Of a stretch of DNA of 64,000 nucleotides, positions 16,897 to 29,817 are shown piece by piece. The stretch is from assembly GCF_009914755.1 (NCBI RefSeq), contig NC_060928.1. One strand, 5' to 3'. The first letter of the stretch is position 1, and every line of letters begins with the position of its first letter. Source of the stretch: the human T2T-CHM13v2.0 reference genome, Homo sapiens. The notes under the pieces were generated by a model. That model was not told the DNA's origin. It did no database searches and was given only the letters and a program-made list of their open reading frames with translations. The position numbers were made by a program, and so were the translations under genes.

Positions 16897-17815
16897 GTGA
16901 TACCAGCTTGACCAAAACAGAGCTCAGAAGGTCACCCATAATGACTGTAACTTCAAGTTTTTACTGTCAGAGCCATTTCTCAGAAAAATAAATAAACTGA
17001 AACACACAAAAGGCAAGCAGCCAAGCTCAAAAGTATACAGTAAGTTAGTGGGGTAGCTAGAACAAGAACCCAAGCCTTGAGAGTCTAGCCGGATGCCTTT
17101 GTCACTGGTCAGCCCTGAGAGGCTACAGCTTGGTGTTCTGCCCACTTTCCTGTATTATCGGCCACAAGAGCAGCATTTTGGGTCCACCCAGGGGCTGAGT
17201 TAAGGTCCTGGTTGCCTGAAGTCCTTACACTCCTTTGACTCAGAAAAGAAAGGAACTCATTGTTCCAGCCAGATGTGTCCTCCCTAGGGAAGCTGCAGAC
17301 AAACTTGATTAGCTCCCTCTTAATTGTCTATGAAATGCAAATGTGTCCCACTCACACGCCAGTGACATCCTTTGTCTGCTTCTGTGCAAGGGCCGATAAT
17401 GCCAATTAAATGCCAAGGCTCACTTAACAGGTGTGCTGATTGCCACTGTGGGATGATTTACTGGAGGAACACTCCGGATATGAAACAGGCAATAAAGAAC
17501 ATTCTGTCTCCTCCTGCGCTCCATCTTGGTTATTAGCTTTGAAATTTGGTCTTTGCTTTCAAGAATTAACTTTTTCCACCTAAAACAATGTCAGAATCAT
17601 GTTTCACATGTGCCAGAAATGCAGCAACATTTCTGATCTGTAATCTCCCCATCACGACTGCACCTCTTCAGTGCAGTCTCTCCCAGTCTTTGCCCACCTC
17701 TACCCCCATATCTAACCACCCTACTCACAGCTTCCTCAGTGATCTTCCTGAGAAGGCACAGCTCTGTCTGTCATTTTCCTACTCAAAAGGCTTCAGTGAC
17801 TTCCCTCTACCAGAG

Positions 17816-19400
17816 GAAAGAGCTTGTTTAATTATAAGGTCTGATGTCTGTGGCCCTTGATTTAGCCTAAATAGCTGATTAAACCACTTACCCAGGAACC
17901 CATCTATTCAATCAAGTGCATATTCTTCAGCCAGGCCCTCAAAATCCTCTGTATGTTGGGCCCATCCTATTTCTACAGATAATCTCCCACTGCACCATCA
18001 GCCCAACATGAACCTCATACTCTACTTTTCACGTCTGATTGGAAGTAAACTTCTAAGTTGTTGCCTTTACTGCCTTCTTGTCCAGTAGCATAACCCTTCC
18101 TCCAGAGCCATCTCTTACCAATAACAAAACAAAACAAAAAACAAACAAACCAACCTTTTCTAATCCCCCTTGATCAGAGCTTCTTTCTGTTTCCCCTACC
18201 ATCCCAAAGTTATTGGTGTAGAATTATCAGTCTTTGAGCATTTACTGTACAATACAGATGCATGCCTGTTGCTTTCTTTGCACAACTTCATTTCATCTTT
18301 ACAAAGTGAATTATTGTTAATCTCATTTTATGGATGGGAAAACTGAGTCTCTGAGTGATGAAATAACTTGCCCAGATCCACAGAGTTAATAAGAGGCATA
18401 ACCTAGCATTAAACCCAGATACGAAGTAATTCCAAGGCACCAGCCCTTACTTATCCTGCATGTATGTGTTGGGACTCTGGGTAAAGTATTTATTACTGAG
18501 TATCATGTACCTGACAATTATTCATGTCTGTGACTACCTCTATCATCAAGTTACGAATCCAGACAGAAGAGAAAACATGTGATTTTCACTTATGTACCAC
18601 TCCTACTGAAATGGAGAAGCTCCAAAGTAGATGTTGTTAAAATATTTTAAAGCAATCCAATCTGTCTTTGGAGAAAGATGTCTGTTTCTGCACTACTTTT
18701 ACCTAAAGGATGTCTATAGATGTGTTGCATGAAAATGTGGATTTAAATTCTGCTGGCATAGAGGCTGGGATCATTTGTCATATTTATATCAAAGGTCTAT
18801 ATGGTTGGGAGTCACAGGGTGGTGGGGGTGAAATTATGTAATGTATATTGGCTGAAAATCAAATGCCATCACCCCAGACCCCTTAGAGCACAGTATTCCC
18901 ATTGCTTTGGGTTTCTGCTCTCCACCACTGCAGGGTCCTACCTAGAGAAAACCACTACCCATTCCTGCTCCTTCCAAACTTTAACTTCCTTCCCCCAAGT
19001 CCAGAGAGCCATGATGACAGGCCCTGCTGCTCTCAGACAGAGCTGCAGAGAAGCCTGCCCATAGACAATTTTCATTTCAAAGCTCAAACATGAAAAGCAC
19101 TCCCTTGCTGGGTAAATGAACCCACTGTTTTCTTGCTAAATCAAGCTCTGTTGAAGGGAAGCTGGAGAATGAAATTGGCAAAAGAATTGAGGAGATGGGA
19201 AGTGGAAAATAAAACTTTGATCGTTTCTTTTTTTTTTTCTTTTTCATTTTCTCAGCTAAGCTTAACTTGACTGAATAAATAAACTGTGTTTTCCTAAAAT
19301 GCATTGAGAAAGGCGACTATCAGAAAGGGCTTATTCAAAGATGAGGTCTGATGTTGGTGGCCCTTGATCTAACCTAAGTGGCTAATTAAAGCGCTTACCC
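17816..19400 (+). repeat. Dispersed direct repeat, 78 bp (17816-17893 and 19323-19400), about 80% identical
   Basis: gaaagagcttgtttaattataaggtctgatgtctgtggcccttgatttagcctaa... vs gaaagggcttattcaaagatgaggtctgatgttggtggcccttgatctaacctaa... Confidence 0.85.
18235..18450 (-). mobile_element. MIR
   Basis: cattttatggatgggaaaactgagtctctgagtgatgaaataacttgcccag. Confidence 0.8.
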
Positions 19401-19737
19401 CTGCATCCACACCCCTGTGACAGTTTGAACTTCATTTGCGGGGAAGGGTCATAAACATCCATCTTCCTTTTGTACAGAGGTGGAAGTTCAGTTTCCTGGA
19501 ACCTGATATTCATGCAGTAGCAGTTTCTTTGCTACCTCTGGAAAATTACCAAAAAAAAAAAAAAAAAAAAAAATGGAGCTGCAAGTTTTTCATAGTGGGC
19601 AGGGGGTAGATTTTACCTTCCTTATAGTCCCTCAGGCTGCCTTTGAGTCTTTGAGTCTGAGCCATCTCCCTCTATAAGAAGGGGAAATAAGGCTAATGAT
19701 TGAATTATTTCTACAGCTCAGCTACCTAGTTTCCTAG

Positions 19738-20103
19738 CAAAAGAAGAGAATGGTGGTTAGCAGGGGCTGGGGGGCAGGGGGGTTGGGAGATGTTGGTCAA
19801 AGGATACAAAATATCACTTAGTAATGAGGAATACTTTCAGGAGATCTATCATACAACATGGTAATTATACTTAATAATAATGTATGGCATACTTGGAAAT
19901 TGCTAAAAGAGTTGATTCTAAATGTTCTCACCACATAAAAAATAAGTATACCAAGTAATAAATATGTTAATTAGCTTGATTTAATCACTCCACAATGCAT
20001 ACATATATCAAAACATCATGCTATATACCACAAACATATGCAGTTCACCATAAATATATGCAATTCTAAATGTATCAATTAAAAAATAAATAAAAATAGA
20101 AAA
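19738..20103 (+). mobile_element. L1MA 3' UTR fragment
   Basis: gagaatggtggttagcaggggctgg...aaattgctaaaagag...aaatgttctcaccac...ttaattagcttgatttaatc...A-rich tail. Confidence 0.88.
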
Positions 20104-21029
20104 GAGCAGTCTTTTTCTCTCTTAGAAGAAATTCATTTTCCAAGAGTTGTAAGAGGACTCCACATAGAGCCAGGAGAGGGGAAGGGAATAGGTGCAGATA
20201 CATGGCACAGTTGGTTATCACAATGCCTGGAAACGAGAGAGAGAGAATATTCACTTTCACAGATGATCCCTGAGAACCTGACCAGGTTTATTCCATGTGA
20301 TTTTTAGGACACACACTTATTATTCCTCATGTTAAAAAAAAAAAACAGCAACAACTGAAAAACCCTTCCACCATCACTTGGCTCCTTTTCCTAATGTAAC
20401 TAATGAAACACTGCCAATCAGTTCTTGTACAGCCACCTTTGGGTTGTCTATCCTTCTTTCTTACTGACTGAACCCACTTGTCCAAGGGTTGTGAGGGAGA
20501 TAAAAGAACACACAAACATGCACAGACATACACACACATACACACACACAAGTTGGGTAGGGTTGAACCGTGGCTGAGGCTGAAGTGTAGCTAAAACTAA
20601 CAATACCCAATGCTGTAAACTGGGATCTGGCACCGGACCACAGGGAACGCTCATCTTCACTAAGTGAGACATAATGCTCCATTAGTTTTCCAGCTGTTTT
20701 ACTTCTCTAAGTGCCTAAACTCCAGTTTCAAATGTTAAAACACTATGGATTATTGCAAAAAAGGAGCAGAGAGAACAAAGTTTCCTTGCATCCAGAGTTT
20801 TACTTTGACCCTTTATGCTTTAGCAGTACAGAAGAGAAAGCCTGACCCATGTATCCTTCCTAAAACACTCTGTGATTCCATCTTCCAGTGAACAAGGCCA
20901 ATCAGTGATTTGAATATAACTAGTAACAATACTGTTCCTCTCTTTAGGGACATGATACAAGAGAGACTGAAAGTACCATATAGAAGAGAGACAATATTCT
21001 GGATATAACTGTGACACAGTATTACGTAG

Positions 21030-21403
21030 TGTATTAGTCCATTCTCAGGCTGCCAACAGACATACTCAAGACTGGGTAATATATAAAGGAAAGAGGTTTA
21101 ATTGACTCACAGCTCAGCATTGCTGGGGAGGCCTCAGGAAACTTACAATTATAGGAGAAGGGGAAGCAAACATGTCCTTCTTCAAATGGCGGCAGGAGGA
21201 AGAAGTGCTGAGCAAAGGGGGAAAAGCTCCTTATAAAACCACCAGATCTTGTGAGAACTCACTCAGTATCACAAGAACACGCATGGGGGTAACCACCCTC
21301 ATGATTCAATTACCCCTCAACAGATCCCTCCCACCAGATGTAGGGATTATGAGAACTACAACTCAAGATGAGATTTGGGTGGGGGCACAGCCAAACCATA
21401 TCA
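21030..21403 (-). mobile_element. THE1C-like MaLR solo LTR
   Basis: tgtattagtccattctc...cagccaaaccatatca; TSD cgtag/tgtag. Confidence 0.93.
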
Positions 21404-21624
21404 TGTAGAGAGAAATAGAAAAATTGAAGGGACAAGAACAGTAGAAGAAATGTGTCTGAATGTTCAGGATACAATTTGAAATCAGGCAGGACACATACTG
21501 TTTCAAATATCACAGCCCCAGAGAGAGTGTGAAATAGTGGAAAAGCATAGCCTTTCGAGTAAAAAATGACTTCTGGCTCTGAATGCGTGATAAATGTATT
21601 CCATTTTGCTCTTTCTGATAATCA

Positions 21625-22468
21625 CAATTTAAAAATCCCTGGACAAAATGCATAAGTCATCTAGTAGAAAACTCTGGGAGATGGAGAAAAGGACACCATG
21701 CTAGGGACCTTGGGACTTGAGTAAGGACAAAATACCATTTCTAGGTGCAGCCTAAGACAGAGTTCTAACTTCCACCCCAACCCTGCAGTGATAGGCATTG
21801 CCCTTCCTCCTGCACTGTGGACACTGTGGTATGGGAGTCCTGTCATCCAAGTAACACTCAAGTTGAGCAAACTGTAATAGCACTTCAGAAACGTTAAACA
21901 CAACTTGGCATTTAAATCATAAAAGGGAGCCAGGATATGAATTCCGAACCTAAATAGGTTCCAAAGTTCTTTGAAATGCTCTAAAGAACACTTCAAAGTC
22001 TGTACTTTTTTCTATGAACTTAACTTGTGTCCTCATTTTCACCAGCTCGAGGACAGAGATTGTGTGTCTAATTCTGGATATTTAGTGACATCTGGGAGTT
22101 AATGAGCATTGACTACTTACATGTCACCATATCAGGTTGACCACCTGATAAAATAAAAGACTTAAATCAGGACTAGAGTCTCATAACTTAATACTCAAAA
22201 TTTCTAGGATAGAGTCCAAATTACTAATTATACCAAGAAAAAGGAATGTCTCAACTTAAATGATAAGGGACAATCGACAGATACCAACACCAAAGTGACA
22301 CAAATGTTGAAATTATCAGATGACAGAAAGGCAACTAAAACGAAAATGTTCCAATGATCAATTATAAACACTCTTGAAACAACAACAACAACAAAATCTC
22401 AGCAAGAAAATATAAGACATAAAGAAGAATCATATAAAATTTTAGTTTGGAAAAACAAAATAATTGGA
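21625..22468 (+). mobile_element. Ancient L1M 5'/ORF1-region fragment, interrupted by a local copy at 21980-22132
   Basis: gataccaacaccaaagtgacacaaatgttgaaattatcaga...aaatctcagcaagaaaatataagacataaagaagaatc resembles the old L1M ORF1 region; MIR halves appear to flank it (about 21525-21585 and 22650-22740). Confidence 0.6.
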
Positions 22469-22563
22469 ACAAGAACAGCATAGGGGTAACCATCCTCATG
22501 ATTCAATTACCCCTGAACAGATCCCTCCCACCAGATGTAGAAATTATGAGAACTATAATTCAA
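22469..22563 (-). repeat. 95-bp local copy of the THE1 LTR segment 21271-21366
   Basis: Shares aacagatccctcccaccagatgtag with the LTR 1.2 kb upstream; this differs from the other THE1 LTRs in the window. Confidence 0.92.
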
Positions 22564-22757
22564 AGTAACAAATACCTGAATTTAATGCAGCTAATTAATA
22601 ATCTTGTTATTCTGCTAAAATGACCTCTTAGAATTGTATCTGCATGAATTCCTCTCTGTGGGCTTGAGTTCAAATCCTGTATAAATGAGTATTTTATACA
22701 ATATTTCTTAGAGCTATTGAAAAAAATTAAATGCTATTAAATATCAAAAACAAAACA

Positions 22758-23293
22758 TGTATTGGTTGATTGCTACCTAACAAACTACCCCAAACTTAGT
22801 GACTTAAAATAACAAAAACAGTTAATTTGCTCTTGAATCTGTAATCTTGTAGAGCCTTTTTTTGTTGGCTTCACCTACAGTAGCTAGAAGGTTGGGAACT
22901 AGAATTATCTAGAACATCTGAAAGCTCTCTCATGCACATGACTGGCCCCTGGGCTACAAAGAATCAATGAGGGAGGGCCAGGGATCTATATAGTTTTTCC
23001 ATGTGAGTATCTGGCATGGCAGTTTCAGATTAGCAGGACATTTTGTATGTAATCTCAGAGCTCCCAAGATGTATGCTCCAAGCAAGTCAAGGGGAAGCTG
23101 CCTAATCTTTCATGATTTAGTATTAGAGGTCATGCAGCAACACATCTACTGTAGTTCCAGACCCACCCAAATTCAAGGGGAAGAAGTATAGACACCCCGC
23201 CCCCATCCCCATGTTTATTTACAAAACACAGTAATAGGAGAATATGACACAGAATACATTGGTGTGGCCCCATGGAAAATTCAATCTGCTACA
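22758..23293 (-). mobile_element. MLT1 (G/H-like) MaLR LTR
   Basis: attgctacctaacaaactaccccaaacttagtgacttaaaataaca...tggaaaattcaatctgctaca. Confidence 0.75.
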
Positions 23294-23327
23294 GCACGTG
23301 TAAGTCCTTTGTCTAATATTGTAAACC

Positions 23328-23548
23328 ATAAATTAGCAAACTACAGCCTGCAGGCTAATTCAGTCTTCTGCCTATTTTCATAAATAAAGTTTTATTGGCG
23401 TGCATTCATGCCCATGTATTTACATATTGTCTATAGCTGTTTTTGTGCTACAACAGCAGAGTTGAGTAGTTGTGACAAAGACCATCTGGCTGCAGAACCC
23501 CAAATATTTACTACCTGGCTGTTTGCAGAAAAAGTTTACTGAGCCCTA
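23328..23548. mobile_element. MER58A hAT-Charlie element
   Basis: gcaaactacagcctgcaggc...aataaagttttattgg...acaacagcagagttgagtagttgtgaca...gaaaaagtttactgagccct. Confidence 0.9.
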
Positions 23549-26500
23549 TTGTACATAGTTGTTACATCCTCCTAGAGACTGCTCCCTGCCCCTCAGAGCT
23601 TCCATAGCACTTGCTCCATATTCTATTGGGTTCAGAATTATTTCCATAAACATCCAAGCTGGTTTTCAGCATGAAAGCTTTGCCTTTGATGTTTTCTCTG
23701 CTAAAAGTATTTTCATGTAGCTCTTGTAATGGGTGGTTCCTTCTCAGCACTGAGGTTTCAGAGCCTTGTCATCTCTTCAGAGAGGGTGTCCTTGTACATT
23801 AAATCTGAAGTAGCTCCCTGTTCTCCATCCGCAATTATTCTATCCCACTTTGGTGTTTTATTTTCTTCATTAAACATGTCACCACTGACAATCGTTGCGT
23901 TTAGTACCACCATGCTCTTCACTAGGGTAGAATTTGCACGATGGTAGATAATACATCAGGTTTTTTGCTTGTTTTGTTTTTTAACAGCACTCCTAGGACA
24001 CTAGGCTTTCAATTAATACCAGTATAATTAAGCAAACATGTCAGTTTTGTTCCAACAAACTGAGTAGAGTGTTTTAAAGCAAATATTTATTACTTTTTAT
24101 ATGTTGGGTACTCAGCAGAGTAAAGGAAACATAATGAGTACGGTACAAATAGCTCCCAAGTACATGTCAAAATGACAGATCCCTTGAAGTCTACAACACA
24201 GTGAATTCTAAAGAACATTTCAAAGTCTGTAGCTTTTTCTCTGAACTTAACTTGTGCCCTCATTTGTCACAAGCTCCTTGAGGACAGAGACTGTGTGTCT
24301 ACTTCTGGATATTTAGTGACATCTGGGAGTTAATGAGCATTGAGTACCTACATGTCACCATATACAGATGACGACTGTAGCAAGACAATGGCCAGTGAAC
24401 AAGGTTCAACCACAGTGAAAGGAGCAGCCCAAGTGAGGAATGAGCTTAGAAAAAGACCAAGAACAACTTCCTGGAGACCTCAGCAAGGTTTGGAAAATGT
24501 CAAGAGTCTTGAGTAAGAAAGAAGAAATTGACGAATAAAGGTCATGAGAACATGTTATAGCTCACATTTTATTATATATCAAATATTATGTTTAGGATTT
24601 TAACATATTATCCCATTTATTTCTCACATCAATCAGGTAATAATTATATCCTGCCTTAAGGAAGAGAAAACAAAATTCGAGAGAGAATTCTAACCTAGGT
24701 CAGTCTTATGATGATGATGATAGTAACTAATAATTATATAACAATTACTATGTACAAGACACTGCTCTGCACAATTTTTATGTATCATTTAACCACATAA
24801 GAAAAATACTATTATTAATCCTAGTTCTTCAAATAAGAAAATTAATGCACAGAGGGCAAGTAAATTTCTCAAGTTTGTTCAGCTCATACATTCCAGAGCC
24901 AAGACTCAAACCCAAATAGTCTGGTTCCAGAGGCCATGTTCCACCACACTTACTTACTCCCTAGGGCTCCAACATTTTTTCCTGCCTTTCACTTTGTTCT
25001 TACTAATATATTTACAGTCTTTATCATCATAGCCAACATCTGCATATGTGTCTAGTTTGGCTTAACCATAAAATATAGGTTGTAGGGGTGATACTGTGTG
25101 AGGACAGGTGAGTCTGGACAAGTAAGATAGGTTTATAATACAAAGGAACTCAAGTGCCACACCTGGAATTATTTTGAGATTTACCCAAAGGAAGTATAGA
25201 GCTATCAAACAATTTTTAGTAGCAGCCAAGGAGCCCAGAAGATAAACTTTTAATTGTTCGTTGCTTGATGAAAATGGTATTAAAGTGTTAGTGATAGACC
25301 AACCTAGATGTGTGGCTAGACTTGGTCACATGCAATGGACAGGTTCAGATTTTATTAAAGTGAATGATAATGTGTTTTTTGGAGAAGCCACCTAAGTCTG
25401 ACTTTGAATCTCTGGTTCCATTAATTCCCTAGTCATGTAACTTTGGAAAAGTTGCTTAAACCTTCTAACCCCAATTTAAACATCTATAGAATGGAGTTAA
25501 TAGTAGTTTCCAGCATCTAGGGCTAGCAAGATAAGTAAATGACTTTAAGCCAAATCACATTTACCTTTGATTGAACCTATTACCAAAATGGAAGTATCTT
25601 AAGAGATATCCTACAGATAGTAGGCAGTATAAATAAGTAAACTGAATAAAGACTGCATAAGTATTCTACCTGGTGTACATCATCTACCCAGTGGGAATAT
25701 ACCTCACATTTTTATGTTAAGATCACAAGAAAGTTTATTGGTTATTTGGCAAAGAAGGAGAAAACCATCTGGAAGAGAATGGCTCTTTTAAAAATATAAA
25801 AATGACAAATAATAAGAATAAAAGGGCAGAGAGGGGCCATTTTATTATCTGTTTTAAGTGAAAATTGGAAGTGAGACCCCCAGCTTCCAGAGCCACATCC
25901 TTTTCTCATCCCCTGTATTAGAGGAACTGGCAGAGTGGTCGTTCTGACTACATAATTAGGTCATGAATGATAATTAATCTTGGACCCTGAGTCAGTTCCC
26001 TGCCGGGACACTTCCTTTCTCAGTTCCAGTTTTCCATAACCCAGCCTGCCTCAGAATCCCAAACCTAAAACCATTCATTTTAGTTTGGCTTAATTAATTT
26101 CCCCTCCAAAATCTTGCCTCTTGCCTTTGCTCTTTGTTATGCTTCTACTGAATTTCCCCACTGATTATATTTATTTCCTCAGAGCCTGAAGGAAGGACAA
26201 TAAAAGTGCAATGCTTCACTCTTCCCAACAATGCTAAAGGACATGGTGGAAGGCACCCCTCCTTTTCTATTTGTGCTTAAAGTCTGCATGAAATTGACAT
26301 TATGCATATGCAATGCACAATTTGGAAAAGACTGCCAAGAACAAAGACCAACAAATTGGCTGTGGTTTTATTTTAAGCTCGATTTTGGGTAAACAAGGTT
26401 GAACATGCTCCAGTGGTTCCCACTGCCACCAACCACATCTAAATCATTCTTGGTCAAGCCTTGCCGACTTCTGTGTTTAATGTAAAGGAGGTAGAAACAA

Positions 26501-28037
26501 CAAGGTTTGGAGACTGACTGGAGAAGAACTGAAGATAAACCAGGTTTCTGCCTTTGTGCCGGGATGTACAATGCAGGCATTCTCTCAGAAGGGCAATGTT
26601 GGAAGAGAAGCTAATTTGAGAAGACAATGTTAATAGGTTCAATTTGGGGAATGTTGAGTGTGAGTTGCCTGTTGGACTCTAATAATCTTGACCCCAGTTC
26701 CCTCTCTTTAAAGAAAAACGTCTTGAAACAGATATTTATACTTAACTGTCTTAGGTCTGGGGTTCACGGAAGGAGACCCCAAGAGGAGGATGTGTGCTAA
26801 AGTGACTTAGGAAGTGTTTTTCTCAGGCAGATTCCCACAGAGGATACCTTTACTCAATCCCCCAAGGATCTAGAGAGGCAGCATAAATCACAACTGAAGA
26901 GGAGGGGGCAACGAAGCCTAGGGACTCTAAATTTGCACTTTCCTGCTTGGAAGTGTCTTTCCTTAGATTTTTGCAGATCTAGCTTCTTAAGATTTGGGTC
27001 TCTACTCACATATCATCTTCTATGGAGGCCTTCACTAACTACCTAATTGAAAATGGCTTTTTAGCCCCATAATGTCCATTACCATCGCCTCCCCCTAGAG
27101 CCACCATGATCACCACCAGCCACTGCTTTTGCTCTCCTAGCTTGCTTTAATGTTTTCCCCAGGACCTTGCATGGCTTGACATATATAACATTATATATCA
27201 TAGACTTGTTTAGGGCAACTTGCCCCTCATGAATATAGGTTCCTGGAGATCAAAGACTAATGTGCGGTTACATCAGCAGTGTCTAGAACATGTCTGCCAC
27301 ATGGCAGGCATAGAAATGTATAGAATGGTTGCCTGTTAAAAGAATGACTAGTGAGGAATTGGAGAGAGATGGAGTCACTATAAAGGAACCATCTGGAGGA
27401 AGTAAGAAGGAAATTTAGGTAAGAACCCAGGAAAGAACTAAAGTTGCCCAGGGAGAGGGAAACCTCTCATTCTGATGCTGAAAATAAGAAAGTGGGGGTG
27501 GGAGTAGGCAAAGGAGAGATTTTTGAGAGATTTTAGACCTGACAGTTTCCCTTTTCTCTGTGAAACTGCAGTTACCTTAGACCTTCTGCCTGCCTCAGCC
27601 CCTGGTAAGCTCATTAAACATACTCTCAGGGAATTTTTACATTCTCTAATGATTCCATTTAAGAATCTTATTTTATAAGCCTATCAATTATTCCACCGTG
27701 TACCATTTATGCTTGATATTAAATGCCTTTATACCATTTTTCTGTGTTTGTTACTAGAGATTCAAAGGGGGCATGAGATCTGGAGTGGAGTCACGGAGCC
27801 GCTCATGTCATGGCCTGACTGCAGCAAGCCCTGCCAGAAGGCAGCCTAGTGTAAGGAAAGGAGTCAGAGGAAAGGCCCTCAATGCCTCACATTCTGACAT
27901 CAACACTGGCACAGCTGTTTCTTGCTCATCACATTTGACCCCACAAGAAACAATATGCTTTAGAGGAAAGAATTTTAGAAACGAACGCAGAAGCCCCACT
28001 CCTGATGTCTGAGTGAACTCAGACAGTGATTCCTTCT

Positions 28038-28176
28038 CTTTTTTTTTTTCAACTTTTATTTTAGGTTCAGGGGACACATGTGCAGGTTTGTTACATGGGT
28101 AAATTGCATGTCTCTGCGGTTGGTGTGCAAATGATCCCGTTATCTAGGTAGTGAGACTAGTATCCAATAGGTAGTT
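28038..28176 (-). mobile_element. Short L1PA 3'-end fragment
   Basis: polyT + caacttttattttaggttcaggggacacatgtgcaggtttgttacatgggtaaattgcatg. Confidence 0.88.
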
Positions 28177-28899
28177 CTTATTTGTTCTGATCAGCAGTTC
28201 TTCTGACTCTAAATGCCTGGTGGGGTAACCTGACCTCCATGGCCCCTTTGACTATGGGATCCTCACAACTCTATGACATGGTCAAACTTGTACTGTCAGA
28301 TACTTTTTACAAAAAAGGAAACTGAGGCTCACAGATGTGAGACAACTTGCCCAAAAACCACACAGCTCCAGAGCAGCAGAGTTGACCCAAAAGCTCAGCT
28401 CAGTCCAGTTCCAAAGCTGGGCCTTTCACCCACTCTGCCGTCCTTCCCTCCATCCTCTCAGAAGTCCTGGGTGCTCTGAGCAGCAGAGTTCACAAGGGTG
28501 CTGCTGACTATCCGACAGAGCCAGTGGGGAGGCCTGTGGCAGAGGGGAGGACTGTCCTCTCTTACCTAGTCTGGGCATCTGCATCAACTGTCTCAATTCC
28601 TCCTCCTTGGCTCTGCAGATTTCTCATTCCACCAAGGCATGCCCTGCTCCATGCCACCGCCACTGGGGCAGTGCTTGTGTAAATCCTGTTATATGATCTG
28701 GATCTACATAACAAACCTGTTACATATGGACCCAAAAAGAGAGACGCTGGGAAGGAGAGAGAGGGAAAATGAAAATGACTTCATTAGCACACGGTGGGTT
28801 GAGATTCAAGGCCTCTGGGAAGCCCTGCAACCTTCACTGGGAATGGAGATTGGGGTGGAGGCTGGGAAAGCCTGGCCGTGGCCTGCCAGCACAGCGGGC

Positions 28900-29075
28900 T
28901 ACACTCCAGTCTGCTACTTCATGTGTGAGTGGGCAAAATACTTCCTTCTCTGAGCCTCAGTTTCCTGTCTGTAAATAGGAAAAACAGTACCCACTTCACA
29001 GAATTGTAATATGAACCAGAGAAAAAAGCTTGCACAAGGCTAGCAGTGTGTAACATACTGTAGGTGTCTGATAAA
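28900..29075 (+). mobile_element. MIR
   Basis: tctctgagcctcagtttcctgtctgtaaatagga core. Confidence 0.8.
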
Positions 29076-29817
29076 CGGTCTGTGCTTCAACTCATAAGAG
29101 AGGGCTCATTTGAAATGGCAATGGCAAGGGTGGGATGAGCTATTTGCTGTCTTTAGAAGAGGGAACATCTTCAGAGAGATGGCAACCCCTTCTTGGGGTA
29201 CAGCATCTCTTCCCAGCATCTGCCACCCTGGCTGGACAAGACACCACTCCACAACCCAGGCAGGCAATGCCGTTTCCATGGTGATGGAGTCCCATGCTCA
29301 GTTCTGCTCTGGCCAGCCAGGATGCACAGAACACAGTGGACAGCTCGCTGTCTGGAACAGAGATCAGGCTGCTAATGAGGAGGGAGGTGTGGGCCAGCCC
29401 ACAGTCTCAGGACTCTCACTAACTCAGTGCATCTGGAAGTAACTACTTTACTTCAGTAGACCCCAGTGTCTTCATTGGTAAAATAAAAATACTAAAACCT
29501 GTCTCGAAGACTTATTTTAAAGATTAAACTAGGTTATGCATGTAAAATCACCAAGGGTGGTTCCTGACTGGTCCTTATCAAATGCTAGCTCTTTTCTTCC
29601 TTTCTTGTTATATTTTTAGTGGAATGAGAAGGAAGCGAAGAGCAGGAGAAAGAGAAAGAGAATGGTAAAGAAGGATGAGGGACAGGAAAAGAAGACAGAA
29701 AGTATGATAAAGGAGAAGAAAAACAACAATAACCAGAACAGCAAGAACAATAGCATTCAGTGTACCTCATGCATTTGGTGCTCCAGGGCACCAGTTTTTG
29801 TAATTAACAATCCTCAT

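Larger units (their letters stand above)
21980..24363 (+). repeat. Dispersed direct repeat, about 155 bp (21980-22132 and 24207-24363)
   Basis: tctaaagaaca..caaagtctgta...ttctggatatttagtgacatctgggagttaatgagcattga...catgtcaccatat in both copies. Confidence 0.95.

Noticed and set aside
19551-19573. Isolated polyA (also at 63618-63650) as a processed pseudogene tail
   Set aside because: No upstream ORF, polyadenylation signal or TSD found
27545-27610. Possible micro-exon (ctgcag|ttacc...ccctg|gtaagc), plus isolated splice-like sites near 19476, 42789 and 48968
   Set aside because: Such signals are common by chance; there is no coding signature or coherent exon chain without transcript data
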